A stretch of 64,000 nt of DNA. Source: a virus. Its lineage: Duplodnaviria; Heunggongvirae; Uroviricota; Caudoviricetes. Made by a program: the position numbers and the translations under genes. Of this stretch, positions 1 through 11,079 are shown piece by piece. Under the pieces are notes generated by a model, which saw nothing but the letters and a program-made list of their open reading frames with translations, made no database searches and was not told where the DNA came from. The stretch lies in the IMG/VR virus record IMGVR_UViG_3300021979_000001, positions 322,948-386,947 of that record. One strand, written 5' to 3'. Numbering within the stretch: position 1 is the stretch's first letter; each line of letters opens with the position of its first letter.

Positions 1-8
1 CGATTAAA

Positions 9-452
9 TTGAATACGCCAATTACCATCATTGATCAAAATATTCACGTGGAAACACAACATTATGAAACAATATTGAATTTCATTAACACTATTTGGAT
101 TGAATTAAAATCCTTGGAACAATATAATATCCATACTTTTGCAGTCACATTATCATATGAGGGATATATCGATCTTTCAGAAGAAATAGTTAAAATAAAT
201 GCAGATGCGGACATTAGTTGTGTTCAGATGACCAATATTATACAAATGAGTAGTGAGTATAACAATAATAGTAATATTAACCGTGATATACTACATCGTG
301 TTAATAAACATTATATTGATTCTAAGCTGGTAAATGACACTGATTTTTTAATAATATATGGAACAGTGTATTCAGACGCGGTTCACAAACGTGTTTACTT
401 TTTTTCTAAAAGTGAAGAAGTTATTACATTACTTAAATTGAGGGTATTATGA
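9..452 (+). CDS. Hypothetical protein, paralog family A (probably 5'-truncated by window edge)
   Basis: C-terminus RVYFFSKSEEVITLLKLRVL matches the family A terminal motif. Confidence 0.6.
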   Translation: MNTPITIIDQNIHVETQHYETILNFINTIWIELKSLEQYNIHTFAVTLSYEGYIDLSEEIVKINADADISCVQMTNIIQMSSEYNNNSNINRDILHRVNKHYIDSKLVNDTDFLIIYGTVYSDAVHKRVYFFSKSEEVITLLKLRVL

Positions 453-1519
453 AACGAACGTTTACATTTATCGTAGATCACAAAAAGTTTATGGTATGTG
501 TATGTTTTAATACTGATACTCTTATTTTAAATTCGGTAATGATAACTAATCCAGATGATCAGTTTAAAATCGAAATTGACAATGATTGTGATTATAATTT
601 AGTTACCAATAATAAAATCACACCATATAATATATTATACCGGGAAACAACTTATAATTATCTGCCAGATTTCCCGGTTGAAATACATGATACTATTAAT
701 ACTATATACGAACTTTCTGAATTAAATGTATGTTGTATATCAATTTGGTCGTATTTACATTATTATCTTGAAACGGATAAAGTGAAATCGATTGAGATAT
801 ACCAAAATGTAAATGGCACAAACATCCCAATTAATAAAAAACCAGTTTCATATATAACATATGAAAACAAAAATGATTATGGGTTCTATAATATCAATCC
901 TACCGACAGCGTTGAGGCAATTAAACTCTGTGGCATGTTTCCATCTAATTTACGCATTTTAGATATAATTATGTATATAGACATGGAAATTGAACATGTC
1001 GCGAATGGTAATGATTCAACCGCGTTTCCCACATGGTTCCTTGCCGAAAATTATACCCATGCATTCACCAAGATTTTAGATGATTTTGCCAAGGAAAATA
1101 ACACATTCATTGTGATGCTGTGTGATGCGAAATTATATTGTGATATAAATTTATTTACGGATATTACCCAACTGTTTTTGGATAATTTTAGTGAGCCAGA
1201 AGATATTGCATCTGATTACAATAAATCAAAGAAAAAATCAGATAAAATACTATATCAATTGACATTAGAAAAATCTTATACAAACACTGATGACGTGATT
1301 AATAAACTGGCAGAACTTGGATACCAGTATGAATCCCGTTATATAGAAGATTTTGATATATATCACGCGGGAATATTACCAGCCTTAAAAACAGTTGATG
1401 TTTATGTGATTTCCTTATTAACGCCTACATTATCATCGTCATTACCAGTAGTGCGAAATATCACAATGTTAACGCACGATAGTGAGTTATACACGATGCT
1501 AAAATTAATATATGGGTGA
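449..1519 (+). CDS. Hypothetical protein, family A
   Basis: 356 aa ORF, ATGA overlap with previous gene, ends HDSELYTMLKLIYG. Confidence 0.75.
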   Translation: MKRTFTFIVDHKKFMVCVCFNTDTLILNSVMITNPDDQFKIEIDNDCDYNLVTNNKITPYNILYRETTYNYLPDFPVEIHDTINTIYELSELNVCCISIWSYLHYYLETDKVKSIEIYQNVNGTNIPINKKPVSYITYENKNDYGFYNINPTDSVEAIKLCGMFPSNLRILDIIMYIDMEIEHVANGNDSTAFPTWFLAENYTHAFTKILDDFAKENNTFIVMLCDAKLYCDINLFTDITQLFLDNFSEPEDIASDYNKSKKKSDKILYQLTLEKSYTNTDDVINKLAELGYQYESRYIEDFDIYHAGILPALKTVDVYVISLLTPTLSSSLPVVRNITMLTHDSELYTMLKLIYG

Positions 1520-1576
1520 TATTGCTGCTGAAATATGCCGATGAAATCCCAGGATCACCATTAAAGGGGCGCAATC

Positions 1577-2569
1577 ATGCCGAAATATCAGTTTTCATTT
1601 AAAAGTGACAACGATGAAATCAAAATAAAGTTATGGTCTAAACAAAATATAGCTAATTACAACAACGATGTGACTAATAAAATATTACCTATAATTAATG
1701 ACATAGAAAACCAATTTGGTATTAGAGTATACTCGTCAAATAATATGATCTATAGTGGGGTAATATCATGTAATGTTATGACGTCGGAAATCACATCAGG
1801 TGTATTACGAATTATAGAATATTATTTTGGGAATGATTTCTGGCCGAAGAAATTAAAAGATAATCCTAATATTTCACATACCCTCACTTTTTATCAAAGC
1901 GTCGAACTTCTTTTTGGTATTATTAACAAATATACTAATGATTATTATAAATTTAAAATACTCAATAAAAAAGAAATTTTAACCGAAAAATATAACTCAA
2001 GTTTTTTACAATCATATCCTACTATTACAATAGAAAATAATAACTTAATACATTATTATTCTGGTCTGCATTTTACTAATCCAGTGCCGTGTTTGAAAAA
2101 TTATACCTTGGTTAATATCCATAGAATATTCACAAACACGTCAAATATATTATTGAGACAAGTGTCACAACAATATAAACAATACTTCTATGATAATGTA
2201 TTAAACTTTGCTAATGATAAAAATACTGAAATATATTGGTTCTGTGATCATATTTTTGTGAAAAATGAATTTGTTGATGATTTTTTGAACATGATTAATA
2301 CCTATTGGGTAACCGAGATTCCTGAACCATGGGTATTTAGTTTTTCAATCACGGGGGAGTCTGCTATTGAAATTAATGAGTATTGCCAAATTATAGAGGA
2401 CTCTGAATTGAAATGCGAAATGATATATAGCTACCTTAGAAGCAATTATTATTATATAGGTAATATACCATCGGATGCAGATGTTCTAATATACAAATGC
2501 ACAAACAGCGTTTATTTTTTTGTAAAAGATGCAGCTACCTGGACATATCTTAAATTGATGGAACGCTGA
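1577..2569 (+). CDS. Hypothetical protein, family A
   Basis: 330 aa, AAGGGG RBS, IIEYYFG motif shared with 3007/4152/11487, ends FFVKDAATWTYLKL. Confidence 0.8.
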   Translation: MPKYQFSFKSDNDEIKIKLWSKQNIANYNNDVTNKILPIINDIENQFGIRVYSSNNMIYSGVISCNVMTSEITSGVLRIIEYYFGNDFWPKKLKDNPNISHTLTFYQSVELLFGIINKYTNDYYKFKILNKKEILTEKYNSSFLQSYPTITIENNNLIHYYSGLHFTNPVPCLKNYTLVNIHRIFTNTSNILLRQVSQQYKQYFYDNVLNFANDKNTEIYWFCDHIFVKNEFVDDFLNMINTYWVTEIPEPWVFSFSITGESAIEINEYCQIIEDSELKCEMIYSYLRSNYYYIGNIPSDADVLIYKCTNSVYFFVKDAATWTYLKLMER

Positions 2570-2653
2570 ATTTAAATCAACGATAAAAATTATGGTTGAC
2601 TGTTTTATGTAATAGTGTATTATTAATCATAACCTTTTACATGGATATGTCAC

Positions 2654-2998
2654 ATGTCAAAATTTACATATGATTACATCGTTGATGAAGCAACCGATAC
2701 GTCTGGGTTGAATAATTCTGAAATCGTTCGGTTTCATATGTTTAATCCGAATGGAATTTTTGAAAAATCCAGTAACCAGCAAGAACAGTTACTTGGTATG
2801 CTTGACCGCAATCAGGTCATGGGCGGGTTCATCGTTGCTAGCGATGATGAATTTTATCGCAAAAGTTTGCGGGATTTGTTAGCAAAGAAACGGGTTAACA
2901 CAATTGAGTTGTCTACAATCATCGAATTATGGGAAAAACATTTGGTTCGGGTTGCCGAAAACATTGCCAAAATTGAAAATCAAAAAAACGACATTTAG
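2654..2998 (+). CDS. Hypothetical protein
   Basis: 114 aa ORF behind TTGACT..TATTAT promoter-like element. Confidence 0.7.
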   Translation: MSKFTYDYIVDEATDTSGLNNSEIVRFHMFNPNGIFEKSSNQQEQLLGMLDRNQVMGGFIVASDDEFYRKSLRDLLAKKRVNTIELSTIIELWEKHLVRVAENIAKIENQKNDI

Positions 2999-3006
2999 GT
3001 TAAAAA

Positions 3007-4125
3007 ATGACACGCGGTATAATTCGGTATGGCAGTTATAATATAGTAATGTCGGTGAGGTTTACACCGGATCGTTCGGCAGAACCAATAATTGATACCG
3101 AACAATACCTTATCAAACTTTTTTATAATGCCAGTGTCGAGTATTCCCGAAAATCGGGAATTGACTTTTTGTGCAGTAGCATTAATGCTGGGCAGTCAAC
3201 TGTTGCCCAAAACATGCATTTTTCAACCCGATTATGGTCGCCCACACGTTTTAGGATACTCGAATATTTTTTTGGGGTGAATGTAATTCCGCAGCATGTG
3301 CGAGAAATATCATTTAACTGCGTGCATCTGTGCATGGAAGATCAATTCACTATCTTCGTGAATGTTTTCAACGCGATGACCAATCATGTCTATAATGTCA
3401 TTCCGAACTTCCATAAATACCAATATGGATCACATGAATCACACACAACATCAATGTTCGAACATCAGATCGATAATAAGCCAGGTCTGGTTAGGTGTGT
3501 TGAACTTTCAAAACAGTTTCCGCATATAAAAACGTTATTGGGAATGGCATCAATCAATATTATTGACACATCCACATATGGTTGCATGCCATTACAAACA
3601 ACATTCATAGCATATGATTTTAAATCAAAAAATGTCGTTAATAAATGCAACGATTTAAATTCACGGCATTTACACTCGCGTGATTATGGAATGATTGATG
3701 TTGACAAACAACATGATTTCTATGCTGTTTTGGACAAATATGCAAAATCCCGACAAACACAAATTTTTCTTATTGATTACAATTTGTTTGTTGACCCTGC
3801 TTATGTTGATGAAATAAATGAAATTATCTCAAAACATTGGGGAAAATTGTTTGTGGATAATGATCAATGGGTGTCATTTTGTTGGAAATCACCATCAGAC
3901 GACGATCTGACTAAACTTTGTAATACGCTTGCCGATAATGGAAATAATATTTATGTGATTCTATCAATGCTGCATAAAAAAGGTTATCGGGATAATCAAT
4001 TAAATCTCGATAAGTATGATTTCGTTGTTGTAATTGAATCTAGTGTATCGAATAGTGTAAATACAGATGCGATAATTTATGCCAAAGACGAAATAAATTT
4101 GAGCCTCGCTAAATTATGTTGTTAA
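3007..4125 (+). CDS. Hypothetical protein, family A
   Basis: SGIDF..WSP..ILEYFFG; ends YAKDEINLSLAKL. Confidence 0.8.
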   Translation: MTRGIIRYGSYNIVMSVRFTPDRSAEPIIDTEQYLIKLFYNASVEYSRKSGIDFLCSSINAGQSTVAQNMHFSTRLWSPTRFRILEYFFGVNVIPQHVREISFNCVHLCMEDQFTIFVNVFNAMTNHVYNVIPNFHKYQYGSHESHTTSMFEHQIDNKPGLVRCVELSKQFPHIKTLLGMASINIIDTSTYGCMPLQTTFIAYDFKSKNVVNKCNDLNSRHLHSRDYGMIDVDKQHDFYAVLDKYAKSRQTQIFLIDYNLFVDPAYVDEINEIISKHWGKLFVDNDQWVSFCWKSPSDDDLTKLCNTLADNGNNIYVILSMLHKKGYRDNQLNLDKYDFVVVIESSVSNSVNTDAIIYAKDEINLSLAKLCC

Positions 4126-4151
4126 TAACGGACCGGTGAGGACGTGTTATT

Positions 4152-5270
4152 ATGCCGATAGCTTATGATACTGCAAAAATAACGTTTTGGCGCGACAATA
4201 CTATACGAATTTCGCTACAATATGATAATAATCACGATACAAAATCGGCACAAGACCTCCTAAATGAAGTTGGTCATAAATTGAGCAAAGACACCGGTAT
4301 TGGCTGGTTTAATACACTGCATACTGACAATTCTGTTTATCAGTTTTATGGCAACAATGTCGCCTGGACACCGTTTATGTTCAGCTTGGTTGAATACTTC
4401 TTTGGTAATAATGTGTTGCCATACCATCTGCATGAATTAAAAAATTCATACGTGGACCTTACTCGATATGATCTATTACAGATCGTGTTAAATATTTTCA
4501 ACATATCAACTAACTTTGTATATAACATGCGCCTTGCTGATCCCATCCTGTTTGATATATCGCGTAAACCGCAGGTATCTCGGGTAGGCCATAATACTAA
4601 TACCCATCAAAACTGGTTGTATGGGATGCGAGAAATAACATCATGGGACATATTAAACCTATCATTATCTTGTGGTATATATCCATCATTATCTGACATG
4701 TTTCGGATTGATATTCGGGAGGTAATGACGAGTAGTTATGCTTGGAGTTTATCGACTAACAACTCCCTTGAGCCACAGGGGTTTCATATTTATCGTAATA
4801 TGGGGGAAAATACCACTAAAAGACATTCACTTGGTCTGGTTAATTTCAATTTGGTTAACCCATACAAAACTAATCAAGTGAAGGTTTTAAATGATTATTG
4901 TATGAATAATGAAACCGCAATGGTTATTGCATATGGTAGTTTGTTTGTTGAAAAGGAACACTATGCACAAGTAAACACGCTGATTGATAGTATTTGGCAA
5001 GAAATGGTCCCTCGTGATATATTCCCGTTCAGCATGAAAAATGTTGGTATCAATATTTTTGGCGCAGACCAAATTAGTGCCTTATTGGGTGATGCTGGGA
5101 TAAAGGTTGCAATCGTAACATATCAACATGGCAAAAAAGTATTACGAAATAATTGGGTTGATTTATCGTCGTTTGACTTGGTGATTAGTATTAACAAATG
5201 TGAAAATAATATTATACATTTTTACACAAAAGATGAAACTGTTCTTACCCTGGCAAAACTTTATACTTGA
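4152..5270 (+). CDS. Hypothetical protein, family A
   Basis: TGIGWF..WTPFMFSLVEYFFG; ends YTKDETVLTLAKL. Confidence 0.8.
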   Translation: MPIAYDTAKITFWRDNTIRISLQYDNNHDTKSAQDLLNEVGHKLSKDTGIGWFNTLHTDNSVYQFYGNNVAWTPFMFSLVEYFFGNNVLPYHLHELKNSYVDLTRYDLLQIVLNIFNISTNFVYNMRLADPILFDISRKPQVSRVGHNTNTHQNWLYGMREITSWDILNLSLSCGIYPSLSDMFRIDIREVMTSSYAWSLSTNNSLEPQGFHIYRNMGENTTKRHSLGLVNFNLVNPYKTNQVKVLNDYCMNNETAMVIAYGSLFVEKEHYAQVNTLIDSIWQEMVPRDIFPFSMKNVGINIFGADQISALLGDAGIKVAIVTYQHGKKVLRNNWVDLSSFDLVISINKCENNIIHFYTKDETVLTLAKLYT

Positions 5271-5283
5271 CATCAGAAAGAAC

Positions 5284-5318
5284 AAAATAGCCCCAATATT
5301 TAAATTGGGGCTATTTTG
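5284..5318. terminator. Bidirectional intrinsic terminator
   Basis: caaaatagccccaat/attggggctattttg inverted repeat between convergent genes. Confidence 0.8.
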
Positions 5319-5332
5319 TATATAGACCGATA

Positions 5333-6445
5333 TTAATAATCGTCTTCGTCTTCTTCGTCTTCTTCGTATTCTTCATCTTCATCGTCATCGTCGTATGGTG
5401 TATACATTCCCGTCGGATCGTAAACACTATACGTTTCATCAACGTCGTCAATATATTCGGTTAGTTCGGCATTATTTCGAACTATGTCAAACTCATTATC
5501 ACCCATGGAGAATGCGGTTTTAAATGTATAGTCACCATCATCAATAACATCTCTACCTATTAGAATGCGCTCAATGTATGATGCCGGGATTCGTCCTTTG
5601 TATGAAAAGATGCCTGTTTCTCTTGTAAAATTAGTTTTTGGGTTATACTTGTTTACTGTTTGTGCTGTAATATCCGAGTATGTTTCAAATCCAAGGGCAT
5701 CATCATTATATCCGTTCGCAGTGGTTTCTGGATGTTCATTGCCATAAAACATTCGAGAAACATCGTAATCTACAGAAATTTTTGATTTATCCGGTATCTT
5801 TAAAACCACGATTGCAGCAATATTATCCAAAAAATGTCTACCATTTTTTAAATTACTATTTGCATGCATTTTGGCTACGTCCATTGATGCAGATAGAAAA
5901 ACTCGGTCCGTAAATTTAATCTTCCAGTTCCCATTTGTCGTTGGTTGTAACCCTTTTTTTATAATATCGATCACCCAACGCAACGTGGTCCCATGAAATG
6001 CAATATCCGGTAGATCGCCGTTAAAATCAGACGCCATAGCAAATTCGCCTGGTTGATCCATCTCACGTGCATCGAAAGTGTTTGGGTAATGTATATATTT
6101 AATAAATGATATAGCTTTAACCACTTTCTTGATCAATAAACTCGACCTGGGGTTATATGCAAATGCTGCGGATTGTGATCTAATTGTTGCAGTATCATTA
6201 TTATATTCCATTACCAAAATATCGGGTCTATCTTCGTTGATATTGTAAATCATATCATACATATCATTAATTTTGCCATCTTCATTAGAAATATTTAATG
6301 TAGAAATAATATCGTTCAATACATCATCAGTAATTTCGTCGCTGTTAATGACCCATAAATTTGCACCATTAGCTATAATATAACCGTTATTGGTGTTTGA
6401 GTTATGTCTGATAAACATTTCATTGATAATATCTGATGCTCTCAT
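5333..6445 (-). CDS. ADP-ribosyltransferase (ART)-fold protein with acidic tail, probable late/virion-packaged
   Basis: AFHGTT..IIKKGL..RVFLS ART-like motifs; MRASDIINE N-terminus; ATAAATA upstream; D/E-rich C-terminus. Confidence 0.6.
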   Translation of the reverse strand: MRASDIINEMFIRHNSNTNNGYIIANGANLWVINSDEITDDVLNDIISTLNISNEDGKINDMYDMIYNINEDRPDILVMEYNNDTATIRSQSAAFAYNPRSSLLIKKVVKAISFIKYIHYPNTFDAREMDQPGEFAMASDFNGDLPDIAFHGTTLRWVIDIIKKGLQPTTNGNWKIKFTDRVFLSASMDVAKMHANSNLKNGRHFLDNIAAIVVLKIPDKSKISVDYDVSRMFYGNEHPETTANGYNDDALGFETYSDITAQTVNKYNPKTNFTRETGIFSYKGRIPASYIERILIGRDVIDDGDYTFKTAFSMGDNEFDIVRNNAELTEYIDDVDETYSVYDPTGMYTPYDDDDEDEEYEEDEEDEDDY

Positions 6446-6561
6446 AAAAAATCCATAAGTAAAAATATAGATATATTTATCATAATCCAGTATTTTTTTT
6501 CATTTACAAAACAATGGTATATGATATTATATGCTTATGTATTTTCTGAAATCGCAATTTT

Positions 6562-7692
6562 TTGGATGAAACCATAATGTCGTATAAAGCACGTTTCATT
6601 TATGCCCCAGGGACGAACAAACAAATATTTGGAGGACGGGTTGATCTGTCCCGTATGGGTGGTTCCAGTTTTCTGTTGGAATGCAGGGTTAATAAATCAC
6701 CGCATGAAATATATGCGGCAATCCGGGAAACCCAAACAAAAACAATGGTTTCTATCATGGATGTCGAAGACCGGGATGTTCACAACCTCATACTGAAACC
6801 GTTCGTTGATCGGAGGATCAGCATATCTGCTTACGTGTTGTTGGATCGTTCAACAAATATTCGGGAAACCAAGTTCTGGCATTATGATGGTCGCGAAAAT
6901 GTTAGTATTGGTGCAACTGATTATTGTGAATTTGTGATGTGGTTTGCGTCACAGTCAATGCCAGATTTGGTCTGGGGGGAAATCAAATTACTTAATAAAA
7001 CTGACCAGGTGCAGGAAAATGGTATAACCTTTAACTGGGTGATTACACATTATAAACAAAAAGCAAACAATCGTGCGATGATTTTAGAATCCAATTTTAT
7101 GTCTAATAAAGTGTCAGTAATCAGTGGTGAAATTAATTATCACTGGGACGATGCCACTCATTTTATCAATTATATGTATCGCAATGTGAAAGATGATGAT
7201 ACCGGAGCGGTCAACCTATACGACTATCCATTCGTTTTTGATATGTCACCGTATATTAAATATAATATGTTTGACAATACATCGGATGTCGATAGTTCGA
7301 ATTTTGGTAAAATTATTAATTCAATTCAAAATACGATTGGTCGTGAATATGTGTTGGTCCAAGTAGGGGCATTGATGTTTTTCAAAACTGAAAAACAAAA
7401 AGATTTCTTCAACCGTGAAATCTTACAATACATCCGTCCATTTTATGAAATATTGATTAATTACCATGCTGTAATTAAGTTGAATAACTCCGATATTCAA
7501 AAAATCAAGACGACTTTAATATCACCAAAGGAATTGACAACGCGATCATATACCAAATACCAAACAATCACGGGAAAATTCAACCAGGCATCTACCCAGT
7601 TTCGGAAATATTGTTTGGTTGAATACGAAAAATATTGCCGTTTGTATTGTCAAGACCAAAACGATGCTGTTATGATCAAATTGCGGATGTGA
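6562..7692 (+). CDS. Hypothetical protein, family A
   Basis: TNIRETKFW..FVMW..Q..PDL.W shared with 7701/26516/27799; ends DQNDAVMIKL. Confidence 0.8.
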   Translation: MDETIMSYKARFIYAPGTNKQIFGGRVDLSRMGGSSFLLECRVNKSPHEIYAAIRETQTKTMVSIMDVEDRDVHNLILKPFVDRRISISAYVLLDRSTNIRETKFWHYDGRENVSIGATDYCEFVMWFASQSMPDLVWGEIKLLNKTDQVQENGITFNWVITHYKQKANNRAMILESNFMSNKVSVISGEINYHWDDATHFINYMYRNVKDDDTGAVNLYDYPFVFDMSPYIKYNMFDNTSDVDSSNFGKIINSIQNTIGREYVLVQVGALMFFKTEKQKDFFNREILQYIRPFYEILINYHAVIKLNNSDIQKIKTTLISPKELTTRSYTKYQTITGKFNQASTQFRKYCLVEYEKYCRLYCQDQNDAVMIKLRM

Positions 7693-7700
7693 AGATTGTC

Positions 7701-8738
7701 ATGTATAATGAATATTGCCCTAACGCCAATAGCAATAATACATCCCAATTAATGTTATTTTTTGGGTTGGCGGATAAACCAGTCTATACAATGACGAATT
7801 ATCCGGCAAAGGTCATTAAAACAATATTGCGGGCCGCGCTGTCAAACGGCGAATTTGCGGTGAATGTTAATAGTGGGACTCAATTTTCATATGAGTTTAG
7901 TTTCACACATGCCGCAGTATTAACTCATAAAACCAATATCAAAGAAACCCTATTTTGGAAAGGATCGGTAAGCTATATCTTTACCGATTATGAATATGTT
8001 AATTTCGTGATGTGGATAATTTCACAAACCATACCAGATTTATTATGGACCAAATTTGCAGTATTAGATGACCCAATTGCGAAGAACCGGAAAAAGAAAT
8101 TTGGTTTTCGTATAGAAAATAACATAGATGCTAATGCCACATTATTTACCGATTTTGGTAAACCATCTAATAATATGATTATACAACATAATTATCCGAC
8201 GTTCAAACCAGGGTTGGTTTATGCCGGATATAACATGGACATTGGTCATTTGCTTATGACCAACAAAATACTCGTTCCACAAACGAAAAACATAATGAAT
8301 ATATCATATTATCACTCGAATTTCTGGTATGCAAACGAGTCACCTGGTCATAAAAATAAAAACAAGACATTGAACGAAATTACCGCATATGCACATGATA
8401 AAAAAATAAGTATTCCGGTTGTGCATGGGAATATGTATGTCGAAACTGAACAACAAAAAACCGATATTATGAAAATTATCGACAAATATTGGTATACTGT
8501 TCATGATGTAATGAAAACGTATCGGTTTGTCATAGATAGTGATAATCGAACGCAAAATCGAGCAATAAGCCAGCAGATTGATATGAAAATGGTAGAATTG
8601 GCAGACATTTTATATCAAGATATGGTTCCAAAAGTGTGTTTGGACGATATTGAATGCATCAAAGTAATAAATTTTAAATCAGTGAAATTTTACTTCAAAA
8701 ATATTGAAGAAACTGTTATGTTTCGTTTGATTAGTTAA
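7701..8738 (+). CDS. Hypothetical protein, family A
   Basis: TNIKETLFW..FVMWIISQTIPDLLW; ends FYFKNIEETVMFRL; start moved to ATG after previous stop. Confidence 0.75.
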   Translation: MYNEYCPNANSNNTSQLMLFFGLADKPVYTMTNYPAKVIKTILRAALSNGEFAVNVNSGTQFSYEFSFTHAAVLTHKTNIKETLFWKGSVSYIFTDYEYVNFVMWIISQTIPDLLWTKFAVLDDPIAKNRKKKFGFRIENNIDANATLFTDFGKPSNNMIIQHNYPTFKPGLVYAGYNMDIGHLLMTNKILVPQTKNIMNISYYHSNFWYANESPGHKNKNKTLNEITAYAHDKKISIPVVHGNMYVETEQQKTDIMKIIDKYWYTVHDVMKTYRFVIDSDNRTQNRAISQQIDMKMVELADILYQDMVPKVCLDDIECIKVINFKSVKFYFKNIEETVMFRLIS

Positions 8739-8761
8739 GCTGATGATGACAGTGGGTTAAC

Positions 8762-9781
8762 ATGGCGATTGCAAATAAGATGTCCAATGCAAATAAAAGT
8801 AAGATGATGCGGCGGAAAAAAACGTTTGAGCCACACATCCGTGAACTTGAGTTTTCGGCTGACATCACACATGATGAAATCAAAACGAAAATTAAACGAT
8901 TTGATAATACCTTTACCGGTATGACATTCCCGTTCACATTGCAGTTTGATGATGCAACAATTCGTGAAGTCAGTAGCCTATATCAAACATCTAATATGTA
9001 TTTAAACAATGCAAAAATTTCGAAAATTCAGTTACAAATTCTCAAAAAAACTGAATATTATGAAACGTTTCCAAACATTTTAAAAAACAACGAAGTCAAT
9101 GGGGAAATTAAATTCACCAAGGCTCGGCGGATGGCATTTTGGAAATGGGCATTGCATTATGTCAATCCAGAAATTGAAATTCATGATATTCAGGAACCAG
9201 GCACGAACGAACTGTTTTATGCACTAGAAAGTGATAAACCCGGTCAGTTCCACACACACATACATTATCTTCGGCCTGGAAATGACATCAATGATTTGGA
9301 TAAGTTAGATGATTATCAAATAACAACACTCAATGTATCCGCAATTAGTTATGCATTATGCGATTATCTTTTAAAGAAAAAGATTGATATATATAACTAT
9401 GGCTGGACACAACTGTGCCTTATGCCAAAGAAATTCATACCAGAAATTTCAAATATATTTTATGATATATTTTATGATATTCCGAAAATCCATGTGGAAT
9501 TTCCGTATAGTGCTAGCATTAGTGCAGAACGCTATGAAAACATTGCGTTCTGGAATACAAACAACGATATGGTAATTTCACTTGGTGATTATAATTTGAA
9601 GATAGCCGAACTACCTGCATTAAAACTGGTTACCACAAAAGAAGCAAAAAAGGTTGATGCATATATCACCAATATATATGAGGAAAATATCAACAATAAT
9701 CAGAATGACCGAGTTTATGAAATTCGGTTTAAAAACGATGTCGATAAAGTAATGTTTCTTCTATTGTATGGCAATGGGTAA
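8762..9781 (+). CDS. Hypothetical protein, family A
   Basis: 339 aa; AKISKIQLQ.LKKTE..AFWKWALHYVNPEIE; ends FKNDVDKVMFLL. Confidence 0.8.
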   Translation: MAIANKMSNANKSKMMRRKKTFEPHIRELEFSADITHDEIKTKIKRFDNTFTGMTFPFTLQFDDATIREVSSLYQTSNMYLNNAKISKIQLQILKKTEYYETFPNILKNNEVNGEIKFTKARRMAFWKWALHYVNPEIEIHDIQEPGTNELFYALESDKPGQFHTHIHYLRPGNDINDLDKLDDYQITTLNVSAISYALCDYLLKKKIDIYNYGWTQLCLMPKKFIPEISNIFYDIFYDIPKIHVEFPYSASISAERYENIAFWNTNNDMVISLGDYNLKIAELPALKLVTTKEAKKVDAYITNIYEENINNNQNDRVYEIRFKNDVDKVMFLLLYGNG

Positions 9782-9939
9782 ATCAAAATGTGATTAATAC
9801 TGTTCAAATCATCGACACATATCCTTTAATCATAATGGTTTATGAAATTTATTATTTTCAACGAAAATAGTATTGACATAGCCATTATTTCAAGCTATAA
9901 ACTAAGCATACACCGAGATCGAAACGTTTTCTACCGACA

Positions 9940-10479
9940 TTGATGCCAGCAAAGGAAGAAAGTATTATGAAAAAATCAATCGCTAATATCAAACATCCGC
10001 TGCGTGACATTCCTCTCTCCGTCCAGAAATTTTCGGATCAATATGCTATCAATTTTTCATCGAATTTTTTCCGTGCTGAAATCGTCAAATGTATCCGCGA
10101 CGCCGATCTTGGCTTGTTTCCATTTGTATTGGTCTTTGGATATTCTGACCATACCGACGAAATGAGTCGTGACCGCACCGCTCATGTTTTCGCCAATAGC
10201 GCGAAAATCTCCAAAATTCAGTTACAAGTTCTCAAAAAAACTGAATTTTATGAAACTTTCCCAGACGTTCTAAAACAGAACGAGGTTGATGGTGAAATCG
10301 TTTTCACCAAAACGCTCCGCCTGGCATTTTGGAAATGGGCATTGCACTATGTCAATCCAGAAATTGAACTTCGTGATATTCGGGAACCACATGCCGATCA
10401 TTTGTTTCATCCCATCGAAACCCCGGAACCGATGGAAAACAACGGCATAATCACCTTGATGCCAGGGAACGCGCTTTGA
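9940..10479 (+). CDS. N-terminal half of split family A paralog of 8762..9781
   Basis: Near-identical AKISKIQLQVLKKTE..AFWKWALHYVNPEIE block; stops early. Confidence 0.7.
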   Translation: MMPAKEESIMKKSIANIKHPLRDIPLSVQKFSDQYAINFSSNFFRAEIVKCIRDADLGLFPFVLVFGYSDHTDEMSRDRTAHVFANSAKISKIQLQVLKKTEFYETFPDVLKQNEVDGEIVFTKTLRLAFWKWALHYVNPEIELRDIREPHADHLFHPIETPEPMENNGIITLMPGNAL

Positions 10480-10937
10480 GCGATTTTGACGATTATATTC
10501 CGATAATCTTGCACTTGGCATTTGCTCATGCAGAATTGAGTGAGTATGTGCAGAAAAATAACACGGCCATATATGTATATGGCCGTGGATCATCTATTTG
10601 CTTCGTCCATAAGTCACATTTTTCTGCCATCAAAGAAATTTATAATCATAAAGTGTATGATAATGAATTGTTGGTCAAAAAATTTCCGTTTGTTCTTGAA
10701 GTTAGTGGTAAAATAATCAAATCGGTGCCCACCGATAAAATGAACATCATTTCCGTTTCACCCAAGGAATTAGTGCGGGCCAGCGATGCCAATGCATGTG
10801 ATGCTGTCATTATTTATGACGAGGATAACAACATCACAACAAAATATAGCTTTACAACGAATGCGAACATAAGATATTCGGTTCGGTTCAAATCAGAACC
10901 GGATAGAGTCATGTTTGCACTCACGTATGGCATCTAA
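10476..10937 (+). CDS. C-terminal half of split family A paralog
   Basis: Continues the alignment to 8762..9781 (DDY) in the -1 frame; ends FKSEPDRVMFAL. Confidence 0.7.
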   Translation: MSDFDDYIPIILHLAFAHAELSEYVQKNNTAIYVYGRGSSICFVHKSHFSAIKEIYNHKVYDNELLVKKFPFVLEVSGKIIKSVPTDKMNIISVSPKELVRASDANACDAVIIYDEDNNITTKYSFTTNANIRYSVRFKSEPDRVMFALTYGI

Positions 10938-11079
10938 AATCAGCGCGTGTAGACCCTTCTGGTTGATCCTTCGTAACCCAACCTAATATGGGTTACATGC
11001 GCTGTGTGCCCTAAAAATATGCCCTGGCGTTGATGTTATTATAATAAATAAGAATACAGTAACATTGAACGCGATAAAC

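Noticed and set aside
10464-10489. prfB-like +1 frameshift site (AGGGAA..CTT TGA)
   Set aside because: A +1 shift reads TTT GAG CGA TTT TGA and stops. The downstream half is in the -1 frame and there is no slippery heptamer.
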